DNA of 31,813 nucleotides, taken from positions 1 to 31,813 of the IMG/VR virus record IMGVR_UViG_3300038679_000376; one strand, 5' to 3'. The DNA comes from a virus. Its lineage: Duplodnaviria > Caudoviricetes. Positions 1 to 8,451 of this stretch are shown one piece after another. The position numbers and the translations under genes were made by a program. The notes under the pieces are model-generated. The model did not search any database, was not told the origin of the DNA, and saw nothing but the letters and a program-made list of their open reading frames with translations. Every line of letters begins with the position of its first letter. Within the stretch, counting starts at the first letter, position 1.

Positions 1-282
1 TCATTCATCACCTTTTCGCCGCCGTGGCGGACAGAAGTCCTTCTGACAGTCCTTCATCGCCGACCACAACTTGTCGTGCTCCTTGTCGTCGTATTGCTGA
101 TGTTTGGCAAAGCCGGATTTTAGGTCAAACCACATCATGCCGAGCATGGCCAAAAGGATTGTCCCGAACATCCCAACGATGGTTACAAGTAGGGGCCAGT
201 CTACCGACTCGGTTATTGCCTGTTTTTTATCTGCAATCTTGATCAACACAGTCAAAAGCCTTGAAAATTGTTCCGGGTCCAT
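1..282 (-). CDS. Small single-pass membrane protein, holin-like/lysis-region hypothetical
   Basis: 93 aa with one strong hydrophobic segment (WPLLVTIVGMFGTILLAMLGMMWF) and a charged C-terminus. GGAG RBS upstream. Lies downstream of the tail genes. Confidence 0.5.
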   Translation of the reverse strand: MDPEQFSRLLTVLIKIADKKQAITESVDWPLLVTIVGMFGTILLAMLGMMWFDLKSGFAKHQQYDDKEHDKLWSAMKDCQKDFCPPRRRKGDE

Positions 283-298
283 TGTCGCCTTTCTCCAT

Positions 299-628
299 TT
301 ATTTGATTCCAGGCCCAGACGGGGGCAGCAGTTTCAGCCTGTGATCATACGCCGCAAAGGCATAATCATTCCAGGCCGTGGCCCCGGAGTTATACGCCGC
401 GATCTTAAACAGTATCAGTTTATCCTCTGGGACATTGGTATAAGTATAAGGTTTCGCCATCTTGATATCGATCGGCGTTTGCCATGTCGCTCCCAGATCC
501 GTTGACATGCTGATCTTATACCCGGTGGCACCAGGGGTTGCGTCCCAATCCAGTCTGACATCCGCTGCCGCTGCAGCCGATACGAACAACAGCGCCATCG
601 CCGCCGCAAGAAACAAAAAATTTTTCAT
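299..628 (-). CDS. Secreted fibronectin type III/Ig-like domain protein
   Basis: Start moved to ATG 628 (GAAGGAGAGGG RBS). Signal peptide MKNFLFLAAAMALLFVSAAAAA, then FN3-like pattern VRLDWDA..GATGYKIS..YTYTNV..FKIAAYNSG. Confidence 0.7.
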   Translation of the reverse strand: MKNFLFLAAAMALLFVSAAAAADVRLDWDATPGATGYKISMSTDLGATWQTPIDIKMAKPYTYTNVPEDKLILFKIAAYNSGATAWNDYAFAAYDHRLKLLPPSGPGIK

Positions 629-682
629 ATCAGCCCTCTCCTTCATATTGACCTTCCTGAATCCTTTATGGTGTTGAACATG

Positions 683-2224
683 TCAGAAAATCCACATCAT
701 CGGCCCGCCATCATCCGGAAGATATCTTGTGGATAGATGAATTACGGGCCGGCCCCATGTCCATGCGTAAGTTGAATATTTGTTGTTATCAAATGTCAGT
801 AAAAAAAAGCTGTCTCCAGCGGGAAAAACCATCGGGTGTGGTTGTGTTTCCGCCCCGCCCGAAAAAGTCGCATCTAAGTCCCCGATGTAACTCATTGCTG
901 AGTTATAAATTCTTGCGTTGTTACCAGACCCGGCTGGCCCGCCTGCCAGCACCCAAAGATTACCGTTAACTCTGACTATTTTTGTTCCCTCATAGCCAGT
1001 TCCACTCATCGCAGTATCGGCGCCGATCAGAGAGAAGGTGCTAAAATCCGGCGTAGAGGCAAGCGCCGGATAAAATGGGTTTCCTGTAAAATCAGTGTCC
1101 TCCGTTATCGAATAGGCAATTAACCAATCCGACCCAACTTTTACCGCAAAGGGATCATAAACCCCATACCCTGCTGACTGACCAGGCAATTCTATTTCGG
1201 TCAGCCCGGAGAGTAGCGATACACCTGACAAGACATCTCCTGATGTCAGCAGCCCGTGCATAATATAAATATCACCCCCGAACCCATTTCCCCAGGAACT
1301 GATAAATATTCTGCGGTTTCCATTACTGTACCTAATTATATGCGCCGCAAGATCGGCATAGGATTTACCGTCCCTCTGAACAAAGATCACTCCCTGCTGC
1401 GCTATCGCATAAGTCGATAAATTGAGCGAAAAAACCCCGCAATAACTCTGGACAGCATTGAGTGTAAGATCGTTGCACGTTGCCGTAAACAATACCTTGT
1501 TATCAGCAATATACGGGGTGCCATCTTCTTCCGTTACGATGGTCATGTCGCGCATATTGTAAGTGCCGAAGCTGCCCGCCTTAAAATCCGAGAACTTCCA
1601 TGTGGATGCGCTGGGAGTAGCTACGGTAAAGCCGTATTTCCAGCCAGTAAGATTTCCGGTTGTTCTAAAATCATAAACAGCGGATAAATTATATGACGCG
1701 ATCCGAGTCCATCCGCCGCCTGTATTTTTCCAGAAGATGGCACAGCTGTTTACCAGTGACAGTGCAAACCGATACGCCGGGGAATAGGTTTGCCCTGTCG
1801 TTGTCGAATAAAAGTTATTGGTCCCGCCAATCTTGCACTGTATCCGCGCATATCCGGCTTTGCGGTCAATGCTGGCAAATAAAAAATTATTCGCATCCTT
1901 AACAATGCCGACCCCGGCATTATCATATGCCCCCGTACCAGTGCCGCCGTAATCGACCCGTATCTCTACCCAGGCCTGGGGAACCACCAACGACGAAGAT
2001 GTTACAGTGACTATTGTATTTCTTCCGGCGGTATGTGTAATAACTGCCTGGTTGTTGGATACCGTAAAATCTCCAAGAGTCCCCTCGGTATAAAGCGTGA
2101 ATGGGCTTGTGCTCCCGAATTGTTCGTTCAGGGTCTGGAGCGCAGCGGGCATTGTTTCAAAATATACGGACGGAGACGCTGCCTGTGAAAATACCTGATC
2201 TATAGGATTGATTTCGGCAGGCAT
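683..2224 (-). CDS. Putative receptor-binding/tail-associated protein with a beta-sandwich N-part and a glycoside-hydrolase-like beta-propeller
   Basis: 513 aa, beta-rich (G/T/S/Y). Blade motifs MRDMTIV, VYDPFAVKVG, YEGTKIVRVNG and QPHPMVF resemble the GH32/43/68-type five-bladed propeller. Starts 1 nt after the fibre gene. Confidence 0.55.
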   Translation of the reverse strand: MPAEINPIDQVFSQAASPSVYFETMPAALQTLNEQFGSTSPFTLYTEGTLGDFTVSNNQAVITHTAGRNTIVTVTSSSLVVPQAWVEIRVDYGGTGTGAYDNAGVGIVKDANNFLFASIDRKAGYARIQCKIGGTNNFYSTTTGQTYSPAYRFALSLVNSCAIFWKNTGGGWTRIASYNLSAVYDFRTTGNLTGWKYGFTVATPSASTWKFSDFKAGSFGTYNMRDMTIVTEEDGTPYIADNKVLFTATCNDLTLNAVQSYCGVFSLNLSTYAIAQQGVIFVQRDGKSYADLAAHIIRYSNGNRRIFISSWGNGFGGDIYIMHGLLTSGDVLSGVSLLSGLTEIELPGQSAGYGVYDPFAVKVGSDWLIAYSITEDTDFTGNPFYPALASTPDFSTFSLIGADTAMSGTGYEGTKIVRVNGNLWVLAGGPAGSGNNARIYNSAMSYIGDLDATFSGGAETQPHPMVFPAGDSFFLLTFDNNKYSTYAWTWGRPVIHLSTRYLPDDGGPMMWIF

Positions 2225-2225
2225 A

Positions 2226-2942
2226 TTATATATCCCTTGTCCCCTTCAGCGTGATCACAACCCCCGCCCACGTTGCATCCTGGGCTGGAAACACAAACGA
2301 CACCCTACTTCCCGCCGCGATGGTCTTCGCCGTTCCTCCACCCGTGGCCCAGGTAGGTGTGCCATTCGTGGCAACGGTCAAAGTTGCGATCTCCGTACCG
2401 TCATCCTTGATACTGACAACGACCTGAGCCGTGGGATTGGTCTTGCCATAATAACCTGATGTGGATGCATTGGCGGGAACCACCATCTCATACGGGATTA
2501 TTAAGCTGTATGCACCGGATGCGATGGGCTTTGCGGTCTCCTCGAAACCGATCCCGATGGAGCCTTCAATGGTGTGACCGTGATCCCCCGCAGCGACATC
2601 TCCCGAGCTGGTACCGATGTCAGCAACTGCGGCATCGCCGAGTCCAAGGTTACCCCTCGCTGTCCCCGCGTCAGTTAATTCTGACAAATTATTACTGCCG
2701 AGCATGTCCCCAGTACCAATACTCGGAGGGTCCGTGATGTCAGTCCAGGCATGATTGTGGGTGTCCGGCGGCATCGTGGCCGGGAAATCCGTCACATCGG
2801 CTACCACGTGTTCGTGGCTGGCGTCCGCCTTTTCATCTATCGCAACCTGCGCCGACTCCTTCAGCTCGGTCAGCGGGGCGTTCATTTCAGCGGCCTTGAA
2901 TTTTGAGACATTGGCCACCCAGGGCGTGAAATCAACTGCCAT
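2226..2942 (-). CDS. Tail fibre-like protein
   Basis: HxH fibre repeats (ASHEHVVADVTD, DTHNHAWTDITD, GDHGH) and the NNLSELTDAGTARGNLGLG motif typical of phage fibres. Confidence 0.75.
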   Translation of the reverse strand: MAVDFTPWVANVSKFKAAEMNAPLTELKESAQVAIDEKADASHEHVVADVTDFPATMPPDTHNHAWTDITDPPSIGTGDMLGSNNLSELTDAGTARGNLGLGDAAVADIGTSSGDVAAGDHGHTIEGSIGIGFEETAKPIASGAYSLIIPYEMVVPANASTSGYYGKTNPTAQVVVSIKDDGTEIATLTVATNGTPTWATGGGTAKTIAAGSRVSFVFPAQDATWAGVVITLKGTRDI

Positions 2943-3180
2943 TTTCGCCCCCTTTCATGCCGGAGAACATGCGGATCATCTCCGAGATGACCGGAGAATT
3001 CTTCGTGGCGGGATGACTATTGATCAGTCCCAGAAGGGCGGTCATGTCCGGCAGGGCTGGCATGGCCCTTGCCCGCTTTGCCTGGATCTCGTTCAGGGTC
3101 TGATACATCTCCTCTATCAGCTTTCCCTGGTATTCCAGCAGGGCTTTGATTGTGGCTATTTCACTTTTTGGTACTTCCAT
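2932..3180 (-). CDS. Hypothetical protein (82 aa, helical)
   Basis: ATG 3180 with AGAGGT RBS. Fills the gap between tail genes and overlaps the next gene's start. Confidence 0.65.
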   Translation of the reverse strand: MEVPKSEIATIKALLEYQGKLIEEMYQTLNEIQAKRARAMPALPDMTALLGLINSHPATKNSPVISEMIRMFSGMKGGENGS

Positions 3181-3193
3181 GTTCGCACCTCTG

Positions 3194-4303
3194 TTAAATG
3201 GGATATCCGTTAACATCCAGCAGCTCGATCCGAAACGGACTTGTCAGATTGGACCACGACGCCACGAGTATGGGGGATATTTCGCTTTGAGACTGGTTGC
3301 GCTTGTAAATAAACGTGTAAGACGATGCATTGAGGATGCTCTGGGTAACCAGACCCGCACTCCACCCGCTGTCCTCCGAATACAGGGTCCCGGACCCCAA
3401 ATATTTCTCTATCTGCAACGTATAGGCACTCCGGACACCCGCACCGTACTGATCAATCATCTCCATTTTTATCGTCCGCGTGGTCTCCGGATCGGACTCA
3501 GACCACTCGTGGGTGTCGTCGTAAGTCAGGGCGATATCGACCACCTTCCGCTCGGTCCACAGTTTGCCGATGTCCGTATTCCCGATGGAGGTAGCCCCTC
3601 CCATCACAAGGACGTATTTGCCGACCATCACATGACCGGCAGGCAGCGCCGGTTTCTGCGGGTCCGATGCCGCTGCGGTACCGGGGATGTAATCCAGCTC
3701 GCCGTCCGCGCCCACACACAGAAGATCGTATCGGAAATAGCCCGCAGCAGGTGCCGGATCAAGCTCGATGGTGTACACCACCGTATCCATCAGCATGACC
3801 GTACCGCTTTCCATGACCATCACCGGCTCGGCATCCATGACGACGTCCCCTATCGAATACGAAGACGGATCAAACACGTAGACCGTACCGGATATCCGAT
3901 ATGTCCCGGATGTCGCCAATAAGTACATCGTCGCCGGATCGGTTGCGAATAGCTGCATTCCGGTCAGCACCATGTCCGGCAGCGAGGAAGTCTCCGGCAG
4001 CGCATTTCCCCCGCCTTCGATCGGGGAGGGGATGGCCCGGCCCTCACCGACCACCTCGACATATCCGCGCACGCCGGATCGATGCCGGACGGATACGGCG
4101 TTCCCGCACTTGAGCCAGTAGGGCGTCTTCTGCCAGTTTCGGGGAAAGTGTGCGGTAATAAGCTGGGTGGAGCCCTGGATCTTTACCCGGCAGATCTGGT
4201 TTTCAGTATCAATGTCCCACAGGACAGCGTCGCGGGTCTCCGCCTGCATCGCCACCTGACGGGAGATCAGGTTTTTGATGGTCTTTCCGTTGTACAGCCT
4301 CAT
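3194..4303 (-). CDS. Minor tail/tail-tip protein
   Basis: 369 aa with an ATGA overlap with the upstream tail gene. The N-terminus (CRVKIQGS..GNAVSVRH) resembles the OB-fold of spike proteins, and the RYDLLCV segment is seen in baseplate-type proteins. Confidence 0.6.
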   Translation of the reverse strand: MRLYNGKTIKNLISRQVAMQAETRDAVLWDIDTENQICRVKIQGSTQLITAHFPRNWQKTPYWLKCGNAVSVRHRSGVRGYVEVVGEGRAIPSPIEGGGNALPETSSLPDMVLTGMQLFATDPATMYLLATSGTYRISGTVYVFDPSSYSIGDVVMDAEPVMVMESGTVMLMDTVVYTIELDPAPAAGYFRYDLLCVGADGELDYIPGTAAASDPQKPALPAGHVMVGKYVLVMGGATSIGNTDIGKLWTERKVVDIALTYDDTHEWSESDPETTRTIKMEMIDQYGAGVRSAYTLQIEKYLGSGTLYSEDSGWSAGLVTQSILNASSYTFIYKRNQSQSEISPILVASWSNLTSPFRIELLDVNGYPI

Positions 4304-7300
4304 GACACCACCCAGCCCGAGATACTGTCGATCACGCCGCCGCCGGACGCCAGGTTTGCATCGGGTTTGGTGTAGGACCGGCTTAAATTCGTTACAAAAA
4401 TATTCCTGGAAATACCCGAATACGGGTGAACGATGGAGAGCACATCCCCGACTTCATCCTGGAGATGCGCTGTTTTTTCAAACATTATCCGCTGCCGCTG
4501 CGCCTGGACAACAGACAGTTCAAAATCCGCCACCCGCTGACAATGAGCCACCTCGTAACACAGCGGGTCATCAATCCTGGACTCAACGATCTGACCGTTC
4601 AGTTTCTGCTGGAACGCCGCATCGTCTGCCTGTGCCTGAATCGTCTGCTTTTCTTTTCCAACCGGCCGCGCCCAGATGTTGTAGGAATACGCCGCCACAC
4701 ATGCCAGCGTATAAAACAGGACGTTTAAGGCCAGAGAAAGCGCAAACATCAAATACCCGCAGATGTGCTTGTCGTCACACGTATACCTGTAATCTGGAGC
4801 ACCGATGGCCATATTGCCGATATACAGGACAGCCGCAACCTCTGCTACGATAAGATAGGTTAAATCAGGCCCCTTGATGGTGATATCGACCCAGTTTTCA
4901 TAGTAATCAACGCCCGAGATTTCCTCAGACCCGCCGCCGGCCAGAGCGAACAGCCAAAAATCGTCCACAGACTGGATGATTTCAAGCCTTGGGTTTCGGC
5001 ATGTTCTGGACCCGTCCTCAGAGTACCTAACGCGTTTTGTCTGGTTTTCCCCCCACCAGCCGATGGTACCGGCAAGCGAGCCTACGCTCTCCTCCTCATA
5101 GAGCACCTCGATGAAATACCGTCCCTCGCCCGTGACCGTGACGCGGTTCGTGAATGTCGCAAAAGAATTATCCGGGGTAAAATTCAAGATGGAATCCGAA
5201 TTTGAATAGGCATGGGATACGCCCGCGCCCAGATCGACCCGGCGCGGCGAAAACTTATTGTCCACATCGATATGGGAAAAATACCCGAAATGATCCAGGA
5301 TCACTTTGAGGCAGTCCGCAAGGGACATGTCGATGAACTGATGCCAGATCGTATGCGTGTTCGCAATGGCCGGAATGGCCACCTGGCCGGCGTCCAGGGC
5401 GCCGTGCTGCGTCACCAGATCCGCCAGGACATAGGCCGGGTCCGCGGACGAATAATCCTCGGTGGCGACAATATTCCCTTCCTGCCATATGGTGCTCATG
5501 TCCTCGCAGGTAACGCTGATGACCGGATATTCGCCCCTGGCGTAAGACAGCGATGTCTCCTTTACGACAAATGTCCCCTGGTTCTGCCAGTAATCCAATC
5601 CACCTATCCGCTCTCCCAGCCGCAGCACCACAAGACGCCCCATCACCAGCGTCGGCGCAAGGACGGACATCTGGTTCTGCGGATCGAACAGATGTCCGTA
5701 CGACAGGCCAAACCTCAGCTTGTTGGGCGCGTCAATCGCCCAGTCCACGGCAACGGCATGTCCGGATGCCAGATAGTCCGTCAAGTCCAGGGACCCGGCT
5801 TCCTGATCCCAGACCGCAGAAAACTCCGCGATGTCGCGCCGGGTCCACAGGGACCACATGCCGTTTTCATCGTCGATTGCGATGCTGTTCTCGTAGTCAA
5901 AATGGCCCAGCGTCAACCGCGCGGGGTCCGACCACTGCCAGGCGGCGCCGACAAACTGGCCGGTTTTGTACATGCCGCTTAAAAACGCGCCGTAAATGGA
6001 GAACGCGACGACACCGTACCAGCCACCGGACGGATAATTGCTGGCACCGGAAAAAATGGTCCCGGTCACGGGGTCATAAGCAACCGACGAAAGCGCATCG
6101 TTGCCGTTCGGCGTCAGCCCCGGCAGGGATGCGTTATTGTATCGCTCCCAGGTATGGTCAGCGGTGTCGAACGTGACAACGCCGTCTGCCCAGGTCCCGA
6201 TAATGATCTTGCCGTCACCCGACGGCACCATCTGGGCCAGCCCGTAATCGTCGGCGGTCTTGTAGGTCGGGGCATAGTACCGGACAGCGTCGTCCGCCAG
6301 AGTGATCTCCATCAGCCCCCGTTTATCCGCCATGTCATATACCGAGCTGTAGCCAAAGGACCCGTATATCCGGCCGTCGTAATAACAGGGCCATATGATG
6401 CCGTTTTTGTGGAACCCCGACGTGGTGTTCCACCGGTAATCCTTGACGATGCCGCCGGAGTTCAGGCTCATCAGTATGAGCCTGCCGTTGTCGGATGCAA
6501 CGGCGGCATTGAACGAGACCATGGCAAAGCCGGCGGCGGGGATGATCGTGAACTGGTTGAAGCCCGCCATCGTCCAGGAGTCGACAACCGTCGAGGCGCC
6601 GATTTCGTTCCAGGTGTATTTTCCGGTTACCGGGTCCGCCTGCTCCGTGATATCGACATATCCGATCCAGAGCTTGGGGTGCCAGAAATAGCTGTCCATC
6701 CACAGCAGATAGAGCCTGCGGGTGTCCGCGTCCAGATACGCTGCCTGGATGCGGGGGTCATAGCCGGTGAACACCGTGTCCACGTTTTTGGGCAGCCCGT
6801 AATTGTTGATGTCCGCAACGAACTGATAGTTCGTAACGACGTCGGCCACCGTATCGATCACCATCACCGTGGTTCCGCCCGCAACCCCGGCACAGACATA
6901 CTGGCCCGTGTCCATCCAGCGGTGCGGCCCCACCTGCTGGTCGACAAAAATGGCATTGTAGGCCGGCACGGTATCCGTCGTGTAGCATTTCTCGATCTCC
7001 CAGCTGGCCGCATCAACGACAATGACGCTGCACAGCGATTTCACGCCGGCATAGGTAAAAATCGATTTGATGTACAACTTGTTGCTGGCCCCGTCGAAAT
7101 GGAAATCCGTGCCGTAAAGATTCCCGCCGGCCCCGCAATAAGTGCCGTCGGAGCTCTGGTATCCGTCGGCGGTCTTGTCCACGGACAGGACATTGTTTTT
7201 TTCCGTCCACGCCATCTCGAGCTTGCCGTCCACCCGCCCGGCAGCGGACGGGTGATACCCTGTCGTGCCGTACTGCGCGTAGCTCGTCAGTGCAGCCGGC

Positions 7301-8043
7301 GAGGACCAGGCGGACAGATCGGTGGTCGTCTGGTAATAGACGTTTGTCAGCTCCGAGCCGTCTTCGCGCACCGAATCCACATGATCGAAGAACAGGAAAA
7401 ACTCGGCGCTCTCAGAGACCCACAGCAGGCTCGGATTGCCGTACCGAAGGGTGTCGCCAAGGCCGGAAACCGGGATTTCCGAAGCCGCCGACCACGCGGC
7501 AAAATCGGCGGAGGTTGCCAGCCGGATCGCATACGCTGCGGCGTTGTCGCGGTAGGAATAAACCAGTCGGTAAACACCGTCCGGCTGTCTCGATATATGC
7601 ACATCTCCGACCCAGTGCGCGGACGTGTATGAAAAAAGCGTTGCCGCCGCGCCGATCGCCGCGCCGTCCTGGGACACCGTGATCCGTTTGATCGCATACG
7701 TGCCGTCCAGGAAAACAATTCCGACATCTCCGCTGTCAAGCTCCACCGGACATGCGGAGGTGATCGTGCCGAAAGCGGAATCGACAACCAGGGTCTCGGC
7801 CCATTGCAGCCGGTCCGGGTCCGTTGCCAGCATGTACAGGTCCCCGCCGCGGATAATCGTTGCGATGACCCGCCCGCTGGCTGCGGAGATTACGTTTGCC
7901 TTTCCCTCGGCCGTGGCCAGGGCGTTGAACGTCTGGCCGTCAAAGGGGATGTCCGCCAGGTAGCTGGAGGATATCAGCTCGATGATCGGGCTGTGGATCT
8001 GGCCATCCTGGGCCGCTTTCAATGTGGGATCAAGGTCGATCAT
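4300..8043 (-). CDS. Large tail-tip/hub (host-specificity-like) protein
   Basis: 1247 aa, second gene after the tape measure. Beta-propeller-like central part with Asp-box-like S/T-x-D-x-x-x-W motifs. The C-terminal part has hub-type features (NRVTVTG, LQDEVGDVLSI). Confidence 0.7.
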   Translation of the reverse strand: MIDLDPTLKAAQDGQIHSPIIELISSSYLADIPFDGQTFNALATAEGKANVISAASGRVIATIIRGGDLYMLATDPDRLQWAETLVVDSAFGTITSACPVELDSGDVGIVFLDGTYAIKRITVSQDGAAIGAAATLFSYTSAHWVGDVHISRQPDGVYRLVYSYRDNAAAYAIRLATSADFAAWSAASEIPVSGLGDTLRYGNPSLLWVSESAEFFLFFDHVDSVREDGSELTNVYYQTTTDLSAWSSPAALTSYAQYGTTGYHPSAAGRVDGKLEMAWTEKNNVLSVDKTADGYQSSDGTYCGAGGNLYGTDFHFDGASNKLYIKSIFTYAGVKSLCSVIVVDAASWEIEKCYTTDTVPAYNAIFVDQQVGPHRWMDTGQYVCAGVAGGTTVMVIDTVADVVTNYQFVADINNYGLPKNVDTVFTGYDPRIQAAYLDADTRRLYLLWMDSYFWHPKLWIGYVDITEQADPVTGKYTWNEIGASTVVDSWTMAGFNQFTIIPAAGFAMVSFNAAVASDNGRLILMSLNSGGIVKDYRWNTTSGFHKNGIIWPCYYDGRIYGSFGYSSVYDMADKRGLMEITLADDAVRYYAPTYKTADDYGLAQMVPSGDGKIIIGTWADGVVTFDTADHTWERYNNASLPGLTPNGNDALSSVAYDPVTGTIFSGASNYPSGGWYGVVAFSIYGAFLSGMYKTGQFVGAAWQWSDPARLTLGHFDYENSIAIDDENGMWSLWTRRDIAEFSAVWDQEAGSLDLTDYLASGHAVAVDWAIDAPNKLRFGLSYGHLFDPQNQMSVLAPTLVMGRLVVLRLGERIGGLDYWQNQGTFVVKETSLSYARGEYPVISVTCEDMSTIWQEGNIVATEDYSSADPAYVLADLVTQHGALDAGQVAIPAIANTHTIWHQFIDMSLADCLKVILDHFGYFSHIDVDNKFSPRRVDLGAGVSHAYSNSDSILNFTPDNSFATFTNRVTVTGEGRYFIEVLYEEESVGSLAGTIGWWGENQTKRVRYSEDGSRTCRNPRLEIIQSVDDFWLFALAGGGSEEISGVDYYENWVDITIKGPDLTYLIVAEVAAVLYIGNMAIGAPDYRYTCDDKHICGYLMFALSLALNVLFYTLACVAAYSYNIWARPVGKEKQTIQAQADDAAFQQKLNGQIVESRIDDPLCYEVAHCQRVADFELSVVQAQRQRIMFEKTAHLQDEVGDVLSIVHPYSGISRNIFVTNLSRSYTKPDANLASGGGVIDSISGWVVS

Positions 8044-8450
8044 GACGGCGGCGGCTCCAGTTTGGCGATTTCGGATTCTGAAAGGATCAGCAGCGACAGC
8101 TTGACGTCAAACCGGTAGGGCTGATGGTGGAACGTGGCCTCGTTGTAGACCCCCTCCAGGCCGATGACCGCCACCTGGTAGGAGGCCCCGGCGGCGGCAA
8201 GGGTCGCCGGCCTGGGGATCCAGGTCACGACAGCATCGGACACGTACAGCGCCCGAAGGGCCGCATACATGGTGTCCGACATCAGGGTCCAGAGCAGGTC
8301 GATATGCCGGCCCGCAATCAGGGCCGGCCACTGGAACACCGCAACCGATGTATACGTGTCCACGACGGCCACGGTTTTTTTGCTCTCCGGGATGCCCATT
8401 TTCTCCGGGTCGTCTTCAAACGCGTAATTGCCAAGAGTCTGCTCTGCCAT
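8040..8450 (-). CDS. Distal tail (Dit-position) protein
   Basis: 136 aa, immediately after the tape measure, with an ATGA overlap with the tail-tip gene. Function inferred from position and size. Confidence 0.55.
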   Translation of the reverse strand: MAEQTLGNYAFEDDPEKMGIPESKKTVAVVDTYTSVAVFQWPALIAGRHIDLLWTLMSDTMYAALRALYVSDAVVTWIPRPATLAAAGASYQVAVIGLEGVYNEATFHHQPYRFDVKLSLLILSESEIAKLEPPPS

Positions 8451-8451
8451 A

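Noticed and set aside
6154-7632. 492-aa plus-strand ORF, and other long plus-strand ORFs such as 3146..3922 and 5212..5982
   Set aside because: Antisense shadows of GC-rich tail genes; Arg/Val/Gly-rich with no motifs or RBS.
683-8043. Diversity-generating retroelement or invertible tail-fibre cassette
   Set aside because: No reverse transcriptase, invertase or duplicated template/variable repeat seen in the window.
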